A DNA stretch of 64,000 nucleotides from Carcharhinus amblyrhynchos. Its lineage: Eukaryota. The translations under genes were made by a program, and so were the position numbers. The stretch covers positions 49,600,001 through 49,664,000 of the forward strand of contig OZ336881.1 in NCBI GenBank assembly GCA_965287045.1, written 5' to 3'. Positions within the stretch are counted from its first letter, which is position 1. Each line of letters starts with the position of its first letter. A model generated the notes under the pieces. That model ran no database searches and was not told the origin of the DNA. It saw only the letters and a list, made by a program, of their open reading frames with translations. Below, piece by piece: positions 24,100 through 35,810 of this stretch.

Positions 24100-26960
24100 A
24101 ACAAATAATCACAATATCTGTGCAAGAAATAAGCAAAACCTCCAGATTTCTACCATCCTCTTTCAACATGCAGGTAATGAAACTTTGGGAATAGCCAGTT
24201 TAAATTAGAAATTAAATTAGATCCAGTTGAGAGATTTAAGCTCAGAGAAGTGCCAGAGGTTTGGTTTCTCAGGACTGTGAAAAATTGGAAAGGAGCCAAT
24301 GATAGAAGCGGAACTCATTCCCAATACAGCAGCTCCAGCCATAATCACTGCTCATCCCCGAGGGACGGAGACTGCACAGAGGCCTCACCTCCGGCTGGTC
24401 CCGCGCGGCACATGATTATTTAAATGAGGAGAAATTCCTTCACTCAGTGGGTTGTGAATCTTCAAACTCCTCAACCCGAGAAGGTAGTGGCTGTTCAGCC
24501 TTTGAATACATTTAAGACTGGGATGGATATATTTTTGGTCTCTCAGAGAATCAAGATGGACTGGAAGGATGCACAAAATTGGAGTTGAGGCAACATATCA
24601 GCCATGATCATGCTGAATAGCTGACTGTGCTCAAGTAACTACAATGTCTAATATTGTATTGTTATTTTCTTATGACAGAATTCACTGTCTACAAGGGTGG
24701 TTGTAGCAGAGATGATCAATGAAATGAAAAGAAAATTGGGTAGGCATTTGAGGGAATTAAACTTGCAGAGCAATGTGGGTGAGAGAAGGGCAATAGGCAT
24801 GACTGGATTGCTTTATGGAGGGCAGACATGGTCTGAATGGGTGAGGGCCTCCTTCTGTATCTTAATGACTGTTCTCCAGCAGCTGATGCTGCTCTGCCTG
24901 GCTCCTTGCCATTCTTCTGCGGACCTAAGAGGAACCAGTAGCACGATATCCATGATCAAGCACTCCCTTTCTGCTGGTGACTCCTTTAAGGAACCCAGTA
25001 AGGTGGAATAGCACAGCATTTATCCATTTTAAGTGATGTCCTCAGTGAATTTCCAGTATAAATGTTGGTAGAATATTATGACGTCTTCAGACACCCTAGA
25101 AAGATGCATTTCAAAAATGCCCTTTGAACCTACAGCAACAAATGTCCAGTAAAATAGAGGATTAGCTGTCTAATAGAAGCAGAGAGTTGGTATCAATGGG
25201 TGCTATTCTGGTTGGCGGTTGGTGACTAGTGGAGTGCCGCAGGGATCGGTGCTGGGGCCTCAACTATTTACCATTTATATAGATGATCTGGAGGAGGGGG
25301 CTGAGTGTAGAGTGATGAAATTTGCTGATGACACGAAGATGAATGGAAAAGCAAATTGCGTGGAGGGTGTGGAAAGTCTGCAGAGAGATCTGGATAGGCT
25401 GAGCGAGTGGGCGAGGACCTGGCAGATGGAGTATAATGTTAGCAAGTGTGAGGTTATCCACTTTGGCAGAAATAATAGTAGGAGGGATTATTATTTAAAA
25501 GGCGAAAAGCTGCAGCATGCTGCAATGCAGACGGACCTTGGGGGTCCTTGTGCACGAGTCGCAAAAACCCAGTCTGCAGGTGCAGCAGGTAATCAAGAAG
25601 GCGAATGGAATGTTGACCTTTATAGCGAGGGGGATAGAATATAAAAGTAGGGAGGTCTTGCTGCAACTATACAGGGTACTGGTGAGGCTGCAACTGGCGT
25701 ATTGTGTGCAGTTTTGGTCGCCGCACTTGCGGAGGGATATATTGGCCTTAGAGGGAGTGCAGAGGAGGTTCACTAGGCTGATACCAGAGATGAGGAGGTT
25801 GGACTATGAAGAGAGACTAAGTAGATTAGGTCTGTACTCGTTGGAGTTTAGAAGGATGAGAGGGGATCTTATAGAGATGTATAAGATAATGAAGTGGATG
25901 GATAGGGTAGAGGTAGAGAGATTCTTCCCCCTTAGAAAGGATAGCAGGACTAGAGGACACAGCCTCAAGATAAGGGGGGGCAGTTTAGATCGGAGTTGAG
26001 GAGGAACTTCTTCACTCAAAGGGTGGTGAATCTCTGGAATTCTCTGCCCATTGAAGTGGTGGAGGCTACCGCACTGAATACATTTAAGTCACGGGTAGAT
26101 AGGCTTTTGATAGACAGGGGAATTAAGGGTTTTGGGGAGAAAGTGGGAAAGTGGAACTGATCCACTTCAGATCAGCCATGATCTTATTGAATGGCGGGGC
26201 AGGCTCGAAGGGCTAGATGGCCTACTCCTGCTCCTATTTCTTATGTTCTTACGTAAAATGTGGTATATCTTTAAATAGTGCTCAAAATTCACTTCAATAA
26301 CTAGTTTACTCCTAATCAGTTGGTCACTGTGAGCTAGGTCAAGTGCATTCCACCAAAATGTCATGCAGCCTTCTTAATGAGTGCTAACAGACAATTAGCC
26401 ACTAAACATCCGGTGGTCGTTTTCAACATGCTTCAACAACTTTATAAGGTTGTGAACTGCACTGAAATTGAGTTAAACCATTTTCTACCTTTGTAATCCA
26501 CCTCTTTAACAACCCAGAGCTCTTTAGTGACTAAAACAAACAGGGAAAATGGTTCCTTGAGGATGGGTTTCAGGAGTAACATTGAAAGAAGAAGTTTGAT
26601 GCTGTTTTTTTCCCCCCTTAGTTTACTTTAGGAGGTTTAAATCAATTTCCTGTAACTATTATCAGTCAGAATTCTGTTACAAGCTTGTTAGTGCAATCAT
26701 TGCTAGCTTTGTCATCATATGATGAATACTTTTAAGTTTAAAACTGACAAAAGAAGTTACAGTTGATCAGAACAATATTTCCATTGTGGATAAATCTGAA
26801 CCAAACAGTGAACTGTTGGCTTCTATACTCAACAGCAGATGAACCCACACTTTCATCCTTTCAGTCATCCATTACTCGCAATGAAGCTTCTGATTGTTAT
26901 GATTTCTCCATTGGTCAGACAATTAAACCATTTAATTCTGCATGTATGGGAGTGTACCCC
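24100..26960 (-). pseudogene. Decayed viral RdRp-core EVE (motifs F, A, B, C, D/E-like), interrupted by CR1 insertions (about 24410-24860 and 25156-26252)
   Basis: IRSF/VMDD.KD...SAVEY (about 26820-26894), IVTGN (26645-26659), EGCMTFWW (about 26350-26373), FVAVGSKG, FYQHL, LLGSLKESP (24975-25001); nucleotide homology to 34.7-34.9 kb and 60.5-61.3 kb. Confidence 0.65.
25156..26252 (+). mobile_element. 5'-truncated CR1 LINE (sister subfamily, one frameshift) with a 7-bp target-site duplication GTAAAAT
   Basis: RT ORFs 25219..25644 and 25517..25999; GTAAAAT at 25149-25155 and 26253-26259. Confidence 0.95.
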
Positions 26961-27019
26961 ATCCATTTAAAAGAAACAGGATATGAACAACTAAGTTGGC
27001 TCTGTAAAATCATTAAAAT

Positions 27020-28100
27020 TTATGGCACAGGAGGTCATTTGATCTATTGTGCCTGCGCCAGCCAAAAAATAACAATCCAGCCTAATCCAACTTCCCACTC
27101 TTGATCATAGCCTTGCTGGTTACAGCATTTTGTGTCCGTATCCTAGTAAGAACATAAGAACATAAGAAATAGGAGCAGGAGTAGGCCATCTAGCCCCTCG
27201 AGCCTGCCCCACCATTCAATAAAATCATGGCTGATCTGTCGTGTCTCAGTCCCACATTCCCGCCCTCTCCCCCTAACCCTTAATCCCCTTGCCTATCAAA
27301 AACCTATCAACCCGCGTCTTAAAAATATTTAACGAGGCAGCCTCCACCACTTCAACGGGCAGAGAATTCCAGAGATTCACCACCCTTTGAGTGAAGAAGT
27401 TCCTCCTCAACTCCGTTCTAAACCGCCCCCCCCCCTTTATCTTGAGGCTGTGCCCTCTAGTCCTACTGTCCTTTCTGAGCGGGAAGAGTCTCTCCACCTC
27501 TATCCTATCCATCCCATTCATCATCTTATATGTCTCAATGAGATCTCCCCTCATTCTTCTAAACTCTAACGGGTACAAGCCTAGTTTACTCAGCTTTTCA
27601 AATGCACTTTTCAAATGCAATGAGAGATTCGACATCTACCACCATTTCAAACAGTGGGATCCAAACCCCCATCACACTCTGGGTGAAAACATTTCTCAAT
27701 TTCCCCTCTAACCCTCTTGCTAATCACTTTAAATAATGCCCACTGTTATTGATCTCTGTTAATAGAAATAGATCCTTGCTATCCACTCTCTCTGGGCTCA
27801 GAATCATTTTGTACACCACAACGAAATCTTCCCTCAACCTTCTGCATTGCAAAGAAAACAACTACAGTTTTTTCAATCTTTCCTCATAACTTACATTTTC
27901 CAGTGCTGTCAACATCTTTGTTAATCTCCTCTGTATGCTCACTAGTGCATTCCACATTTTTACTGCAATGTGGTGACCACGACTGTATGTGGTACTCCAG
28001 CTGCTGCCTGACTAATATTTTATAGAGTTCTAGCATAACCTCCTTAATCTTATATTCTTTCTCAGCTAATACAGGAAATAAGCCTTCTTAACCACCTTAT
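27020..28100 (-). mobile_element. Old CR1 3' fragment containing a nested young CR1 3' end (27148-27594)
   Basis: Young piece matches the 22.7 kb copy with its tail; flanks are degenerate CR1 RT C-terminal sequence. Confidence 0.88.
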
Positions 28101-29244
28101 ATATGTGAGAGATCTCCACCGTTTAGCTGAGTTGTGACTTTTGGATCATGGAATTCCCGCATTTAATTTTTTTCTGACCTCTGCCCAGGGATGACACCAC
28201 TCAGCCCAGATCTCACTGTTATCCACATAGTTTGAACTGCTTTCACTGCTAGGATGGCTGTGTTGGCAATGGTTACTGGCTGCACCTGCAGCCTCTCCAG
28301 GCTACGGGGGGGGAGGGGGGGTGGTGGTTAGATGCCCATCCACTGCTTTGAGTACAAGTATAGCTTCAAGGAGTCATACCTAGTATACAGCTGTGGCAGA
28401 AAACACTTCAAGACACACAAAGATAGTAAGTTGTCATTGGCTACTAGTAGTAGGCCTCAGAGTGAAGTTACATCCCTTGGAATGAGGGGATGGCAAGGCC
28501 CATATTAATCACTGCATCACTACTGTACACTCCTTGCAGCAAGCTATACATGACGCAACCTATATATGATGAACCCATTCTTCTGTATATAAAATGTATT
28601 TAACCTCTCGCTGAGGCTTGATGAGTGTTGGCTGAGAGCCCAGATAGCTGTTAGAAAACCAGAAACCTGCCCCTCAGAGGAAACATTGTTTCATTGACAA
28701 GTTAAGTGGTTTCAAGGGTTTGCCATTTGTGTTTTTCAACATTTCAAAGGGTCTGGCTGATTGACACTTTTATTAGCTAGTAGAGCAGATTTTTATTCAA
28801 TAGGAAAAGTTTCTCAATTAATTACTTTTCTAACATTTTTTACACAATCCATGAGACAGTATTGGGTTCATTGGTTTTAGAAAATGTACAATGGGTTAGT
28901 GGTCATGCAAGTGCATTGAGGACGCGAGGGGTCATAGGAATGGATATAGGGGCATGAGAGGAAGAAAGGGTGGGTAGAGGTTCATGGGTGCATGAGGGAA
29001 CATGGGGGTGATGGACCGGCATATGAGGTGGCATGAATATAGCTTGGAGAGTGTTTGGAAGATGCATGGGATGTGGGATGTGAGAGGTGAGAGGTGGAGG
29101 GCCTTTGCATTCTTCTTTCACTGGGACAAAGTCCCACAGCATGAGGTGGGCCTTTTAAACAGCCTGCCTTCACACCCAGCAACCCTTGTGGTTGCCTCTG
29201 CACTTCCTCCCAGGTTGACTGACCCGATTCCATGGAGGCTAGGA

Positions 29245-29920
29245 ATTCTGCTGCGAGTAACTCATCTCCTGACTCCTCAAAGCCTGTCTACTGTCTACAA
29301 GGTATGAGTCAGGAATGTGATGGAATATTCTCCATTATTCTGGTTGAGTGCTGCTCCAACAACAGTCAAGAAGCTTGACACCATCCAGGACAAGGCAGCC
29401 CATTTGATTTGCATCACATCCACAAACATTCACCCATTCCACCACCGACACGCAGGGGCAGCGGTGTGAACCATCTACAAGTTGCACTGCTGACACACCA
29501 TAGCTCCTTGGGCAGCACTTTCCAAACCCATGACTACTACCATCTAGAAGGACAAGGGTATTAGACACATGGGAGCTTCCACCACCTGGAAGTTCCCCTC
29601 CAAGACATTTACCATCCTGACTTGGAAATATATCACTATTCCTTCACTGTTACTGGATCAAAATCCTGGAACTCTCCCTCACTAACAACATTAGATGTGT
29701 GTACACAACATGGATTGCAGCAGTTCGAGAAGGCAGCTCACCACCACCTTCTCAAGGGCAATTACGGATGGAACTCTCCCTCACTAACAACATTAGATGT
29801 GTGTACACAACATGGACTGCAGCAGTTCGAGAAGGCAGCTCACCACCACCTTCTCAAGGGCAATTATGGATGGGTAATAAATGCTGGCCTAGCCAGTGAT
29901 GCCCACATCCCATGAATGAA
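29245..29920 (+). mobile_element. LINE 3' fragment of a second CR1-clade/L2-like family, with an internal 102-bp tandem duplication
   Basis: RLGILLRVTHLLTPQSLSTVYK peptide; (TGAA)n tail; related pieces at 48970-49590 (-) and 62330-62440. Confidence 0.8.
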
Positions 29921-31284
29921 TGAAACAAAAGTAGGCTCAAGAGGCCATATGGTCTCCTGATCCTATTTCTTGTGTTCCTGGAGAATGCACCATAACACTT
30001 AAAGTGCAGCATTTCAGTTTCAGTTATTGTAGATTTTTATGGTTGCTATAATAATCATTATGCAACATTCTTCTTAAGAAATGGAACTGCAAAGTATGAT
30101 GATTAGTTTCATTGAGAATTGTCAGTTTGTCGCTTTTGGAATATGTGTGTGTGAAACTGCTCACATTGATAAAAGGGAAGTTGTGCATCTAGAGAGATCA
30201 CATATTGACTCATAGATTTGAATTTTCACCAAGTAAGGATGGCTCAGGAGCCCTTTAAAAATGGTGATACCAAGAGTCCTGACCACATTCCCAGGCAATC
30301 TGATTTTCAGGATTACCTTTAAAGGGTATGGGGCTGGTTCCTATTAAAAGCTTGCATCCTAACCTGGCCATCTCCACTATGGAGATAAGAATGTGCTGCA
30401 CATAGTAGTGAAGCCTCATCTGCATGAGAGGACTTTTAAAATGGTGAATTTAAAAGGTCCTTTTCAGGACCCCAATGGCAAGATTATGCCCTTCCACCAA
30501 CCTCCTATGACTCCTCATAATCAATGTCAAGCTATGCCCTTTCATCCACCCTCTGTGGCCCCTCATGCTCCAGATGCCAAGCTATGGCACTTCCATGCCC
30601 AATGATGCACTATACACTGTATAGAACCAACGAACCCTATAGTGATAGTAGATGTGTAAAAAAAGACATTGAAAAAAAATTCATAACTTCTTACTTGTTT
30701 TAAAAGTTATTCCAATAAATAGACAGTAAAAGTGTCAATCATCAAGACCATTAAAATATCAAAACAAAAGGCCCCAAAACCACTTAACCTTGTGTCAACA
30801 AACATTGTGAAATTGATCACAGAGATCAGAACACCTGAACTGTCAATCAAGGAATGTTTTCTCTGTTTCAACAAAAGTAGTGGTTGTCTGGGCTCTTGCC
30901 TTTGCCCTAGCTAGGTGGGCTGAGCAGGGAGTTTTTCCAATTTACACCATCTACCTCAAGGCTAAAACTTCAGGCCATACAGTTCAAGCAGAGGTTGCAG
31001 ATTATAACATATTTTACGCTCACGAAAGTTCAAATTAATTATATATGATGTGCATTAATATTTTAAAGTCTGTTTTAGTTAATTCTTGCTTTAATATGAA
31101 ATTATTTGATAAAAATATTCTCTGTTAAAACCTTTTGTGAAAGAAACAATGGAAAAGATAAGATGGAGACTACTTGTAAAAATTAAAGGAGAAGATGTAA
31201 ATTGAAAGTGCAAATTTTCAGAAGTTGAGATGTTTGAATCTTTGGAAAATAGGAAGCAATCTTAATAACATATTGGAACAGAGA

Positions 31285-32486
31285 GGGGACAGTTTTCCCA
31301 AAAAATTGTAAGTGCTGAATTGTTGGGAAAAATGGTGTTGTCACAATTGTTTTTCAATGGGAGTTCAGACTCGAATCTCCAACTCTGCAAAGGTCACAAT
31401 AGTGAATCTCATTAAAAACTGAGGGGGTGGCATTCACACCAGAGTCTGACAGTCCTAGGTCTCTGTGCATGCACAGTGGCCCGTTTGCTGGTCAGCTCGG
31501 TCACTGGCCAGGGTGGGACCCTCACAGTGCTGCCCCTCCAATCCACGGGAGGTGGACACCCCCGTCTTCCACGGGAGGCGGACACCCCCGTCTTCCACGG
31601 GAGGCAGACCCCCCCCCCCCTCCACGAGAGGCAGGCACCCCCCCCTCTCCACGAGAGGCAGGCCCCCCCCTTCTCCACGAGAGGCAGGCCCCCTCCCCCC
31701 CCATGGGAGGCAGATCCACTCAGAGGAGGCAGACCCACCTCCCCCTTCCACGGGATGCAGACTGCCTTCCACAGGTTGCAGACCCCCCCCTCCTCTCACG
31801 GGATACAGACCCTTCCCTTCCATGGAATGCAGATTTCCCATGTCCATGGGAGGCAAACTGCACCCCCATCCCTGCCAGGAGGGAGAACCACACCCCCCCG
31901 CAGCCCACCCCGATTGCTCCAGTCCTGACCAAGTCCCAAAGGCAGAGAGGCCATCCCCCACCAATCGCCCCAGGCCCTGCCCCATGGCATTGCCTGATGC
32001 CTAGTGGGCTGCCCCAAGGTGCCCCCAGGAATGGACATTTTGCCACCTGCACAATGCCAGGGGCATAGCCTGGCACTGCCAAGGTGCCCATGCCCAGGGG
32101 GCACCGCGCCCTCACCACCTGACCCCTGGGGGGGCCCCAATTGCACCCCCTTTCACTCCAGTGGGGTTTCCCGCTAGTTCCCTGAATGTGGGCAGCTACT
32201 CAACCCCACCGTAGTGAAATACTTCTGACGAGGTGGAAGATGCTATCGGGCCCGGAGAGTTCAGTCTTGGGCCCGATAATGACATTAAAGCTACATTAAA
32301 AACAGATTAAAATCACTTACCTAGTTTTCCCGCTGGTTTGCAGCAAGGTTTCGACTGCCCCTCTCTCCGGCAGTGGGAGACGCGCATGCATCAGGAACAC
32401 GTGCGTGAATCCTGCAAAATGGCTGACACGCACATCTAACCTTACGTGCCAAAAAATTAGCATGTTGTGATGGGAGAATCGGGCCC
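31285..32486. mobile_element. Non-autonomous DNA transposon (Harbinger-like) with an internal GC-rich minisatellite
   Basis: Imperfect 16-bp TIRs GGGGACAGTTTTCCCA / TGGGAGAATCGGGCCC, flanked by a 3-bp AGA duplication. Confidence 0.7.
31540..31860. repeat. C-rich minisatellite, unit about 24-27 bp (CCACGRGAGGCAGRCCCCCC...)
   Basis: About 10 visibly repeated degenerate units. Confidence 0.9.
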
Positions 32487-32769
32487 AGAGAGACCGTGGA
32501 ATATTATTGATATGAATTTGAAACAATCATATTGTCCAGGACATACTATAGCCTAATATGCCATGGTAAGGGTCTCCTGATGGGATTACAGAAGGGGGAT
32601 ACAGGATATTATTGGCACACCTAGAAGACAATGGTCAACGAAACATCACAAGGGAAGAGAAGACTGTGGAGCAGAGAGCAGGGAAGCAGGAACTGTTGGG
32701 AGTTGAGTTTTGCTGCATATCTATTACTGTTGCTAAGTATTGACTTTTTAATAAATATCTGACTTGATT

Positions 32770-35700
32770 TAAAAAATACCTTGTATGTCAGAATTAGTCA
32801 AGAATCCTGAATGAGACAGGTCAGGGTATCCGATTATCATATTTGAGGGCCTATCTCTCTGTGATATCGTACAGCAACACCTTGCCCACATACATCCAAA
32901 CCTGCATTTGTTCTTTGTCCTTGACTTACAGCCAGAACTTAAAGCGAGAGGGCTCGAGTTTTTATAGATATTTAATCGGAAGGCAGAGAATCGAATATGT
33001 ATGAAAGCTGTCATATTCCTTGTCTGTCTTTTATCAGCTCTCTAGCTAGTTCTGGTGTCCACAATGTTCCACTCCTGAACAGAACACTTTCCACCCGGTT
33101 TAAAGAACCAAATTAGCCCAACACTTTATAGTCTTGCAAGGGGAATATTTTGTGAGATTCAAATGTTTTGGGCATTTGACTCTTAATTATGTTGGAGGAA
33201 ATATAAATTTCCATGTGCTGGTAACATTCATCTGCTATAGTTCTTTATGGACATTTTTTTGCTCTGTTAGCTGTCTTGTGGAGGATCAGGTACAGTTTGT
33301 TCTCATCATTTGGATGTACAGTGATAGGATTCATGTTCTGTTTCTTTATAATGAGATAACTGGAAAGACAGTATCCCAGTCATGTCAGATGGCAGTTTGA
33401 TTTAGAGTATGAACATGAGCCCAACTACATTCATCTCATAGTACTTTTATAATTCCTGATGCGTCCTAATTCTTTCCAGTTATCTTCAGTGGTGTTTAAA
33501 GGTTTGTTTGCTCAAAGATACGAGTTAACAGTAGTTAATAGATGAAGAAAACCATGAATTAAATCCCCAGCAGCTGGAGTAGACATTAAATAGTTGCTAT
33601 CGATATTTAGAGCAGGCAACCCAGTTATTCTGACAGGCTAATGACCTGTTTCAGGTTAAAAAAAAATCTCACTATGGGACCAGGTGAAAATTTGCCTTAT
33701 GCACCACTAGGTGTGGAAAGAGAAACAACAAAAACCCAATTACTCCTGCATGGAAGGTTGTCAGATACAAATATTTCTCGTAATTTTGCTGGTTTCTCTT
33801 CTGAACTGAAGTTCTTCAGAAAATAGTTTGTCCTTCTGAGTAACTATACATTGAGAAGACATTTTTGAGCACTTTTATTAGGAATTGTCTTGAACCACCG
33901 GCTAATATACAGCTGAAAATACTTTCCGATGATAAAAATAGCTTTACTCACATTGCAGACAAGGTGTATGCTCAAATAATTTGTTGGGGGCTGTGATTTT
34001 TTTCGTTTTTGTTATTTTCATTGAATCATGATTCTGTGTTTTTTTTGCTTTTTAAGTTTGATTTGATTTATTATTGTCACATGTTGATATACAGTGAAAA
34101 GTATTATTTCTTTCATGTTATACAGACAAAGCATACCATTCATAGAGTAGAAGATTTGCATGCAGGTTAATAAACACAAGATGAAAGTAGATAAATACAA
34201 GATACAAGATAAAAATCTCTGGCCTAGGACTTAAACATGCACCATTAGCTTGCATTCCTGACAAGGTATGTCCCTTAGGAATGTGATGACTACTTGTTTA
34301 CCGTACTGACACAAACTCAATGAAGTGGCCTAGAAATGCTACAATTTTCCCGCCCTTCATTCTACAATGACTGCAGCTTTCCTCTATAAAGTTTATATAA
34401 TACCATGTCAAAAAGATATTTCAGACCTTTTTGTTTTTGACCAGTAAATTTCAGATCATTTTGTCATTATTTGGCCTTATCTAGTTGTTCCATCACTTTC
34501 AGAGATCTGTGAACATCCAAGTATTTACACTTCTCAACATCTGACCATTTATTGTGTATTCCCGTGCCTTGTTTGACTTCTCTAAGTATGCTTCTCTGGA
34601 CTGAATTCCTTTAGGGATGGAAAACTGCAGACCTTATTTGATCTGGCCTATCCAAGGGGACGAAGAATAATAAATTGAGGGAGATCGTCTGGGTTAACAA
34701 ATTTGGGAAACCTTACCTGGAGGCTAGTCAGAACAAGAACATTTAAACTTTTATCTCCTTTAGTGTTACATTGATGCAATGTTGGCTTTTATAATCAACA
34801 GCATACGACCTAAACATTTATCCACTGAATCATCCACAGCAAAGCTTCTGATTATTAGGACTTCATTATCATCAGACAATAGTTCATAGAATTTAACATG
34901 AAATAAAAGCCTTTGTCTTTGTTTAAAAAAACCCACAATATTAATAAATAATCTGGAACTATTACTGTTGTCATTTGTAATTTCCTTTTTTAAATACCAA
35001 GTAGTTGTCTGTATTAGTATTTAAAGATCAAAGCTTAAAATTTATCCATATTATTAGTGATATTTTAGGTGCTGTATTAATATAGCCTCAGCTGCCTGAA
35101 AGATGCACTGCAGCATTATTTGATGTTGTTCATCATTGGAGGAGAAGAAAAATCATTGGAGTCTGACTCCTATCAAATCTGTTAGAAAAAGTTTAATTCC
35201 ACAATTGTAATACTACTCCAGGTTGTCTCTTAGCAACCACAAAAATGTAATAATAAATCACTTTGAGAAACAAGATTTTTGAGTGCACTGTCATCTAGTG
35301 AGAAACCTTGTGGTGGTGCTGAGAGTTATTTACTGGTTAGTGGATACATACGATTACTCCCATAGCAACTGAAAGTGATTTTTAACAGTGGCAAAACCCA
35401 GACCTGCTTGGGAACACTGGTGTCATTTTCCATTGCATTCCTAAGTATGAAAACAAGATAGCTGAAAAATGCTAGATCGAGCATGTCTTAAATAGTTGTA
35501 TAAAAATCCTACTATCAACAATCAGATAGTAGCTCCTAGTCTTGTGTCATTTGCGGCAACATTGGGCTGCAAATCCTCTTCAAGTCAAAATTTCGATTAA
35601 TATATATATTAACAGTGATAAAATAACTTATCCTATTGTCAGTCCAAACAATCAAAATTGACAACAGATAAAATCAAACCTATTAATATTGGCTTTTGAA

Positions 35701-35810
35701 AAGTGCCATGCATAAACACTCCAGTGGTAACTGTGTAAGTTGAGCTTGCAACATTTTCCACAGTCGTGATGCTATACAAATTAACATTCTAAAGGCTAGA
35801 ATTCACTATA
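32770..35810 (-). pseudogene. Second copy of the viral-polymerase-like EVE (region N-terminal to motif F, motif F, and a long downstream decayed frame), interrupted by LINE pieces at about 34050-34620
   Basis: KFYE...IRSFAVDDSVDKCLG/SYAVDYKSQHC (34780-34895, one frameshift); one frame with sparse stops across 32830-33650; homology to 26.8-26.9 and 39.4-40.1 kb. Confidence 0.55.

Noticed and set aside
31540-31860. Short repeats superficially like a CRISPR array
   Set aside because: No unique spacers, no cas genes, eukaryotic intron context
31412-32146. Many overlapping 100-213 aa ORFs
   Set aside because: By-product of the GC-rich minisatellite inside a non-autonomous transposon
35200-35450. 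AFLWLLRD resembling GBP/atlastin or paramyxovirus L, plus an apparent minus-strand acceptor
   Set aside because: No P-loop or GHP/GDN motifs nearby; multiple stops in both copies; not a supportable host exon
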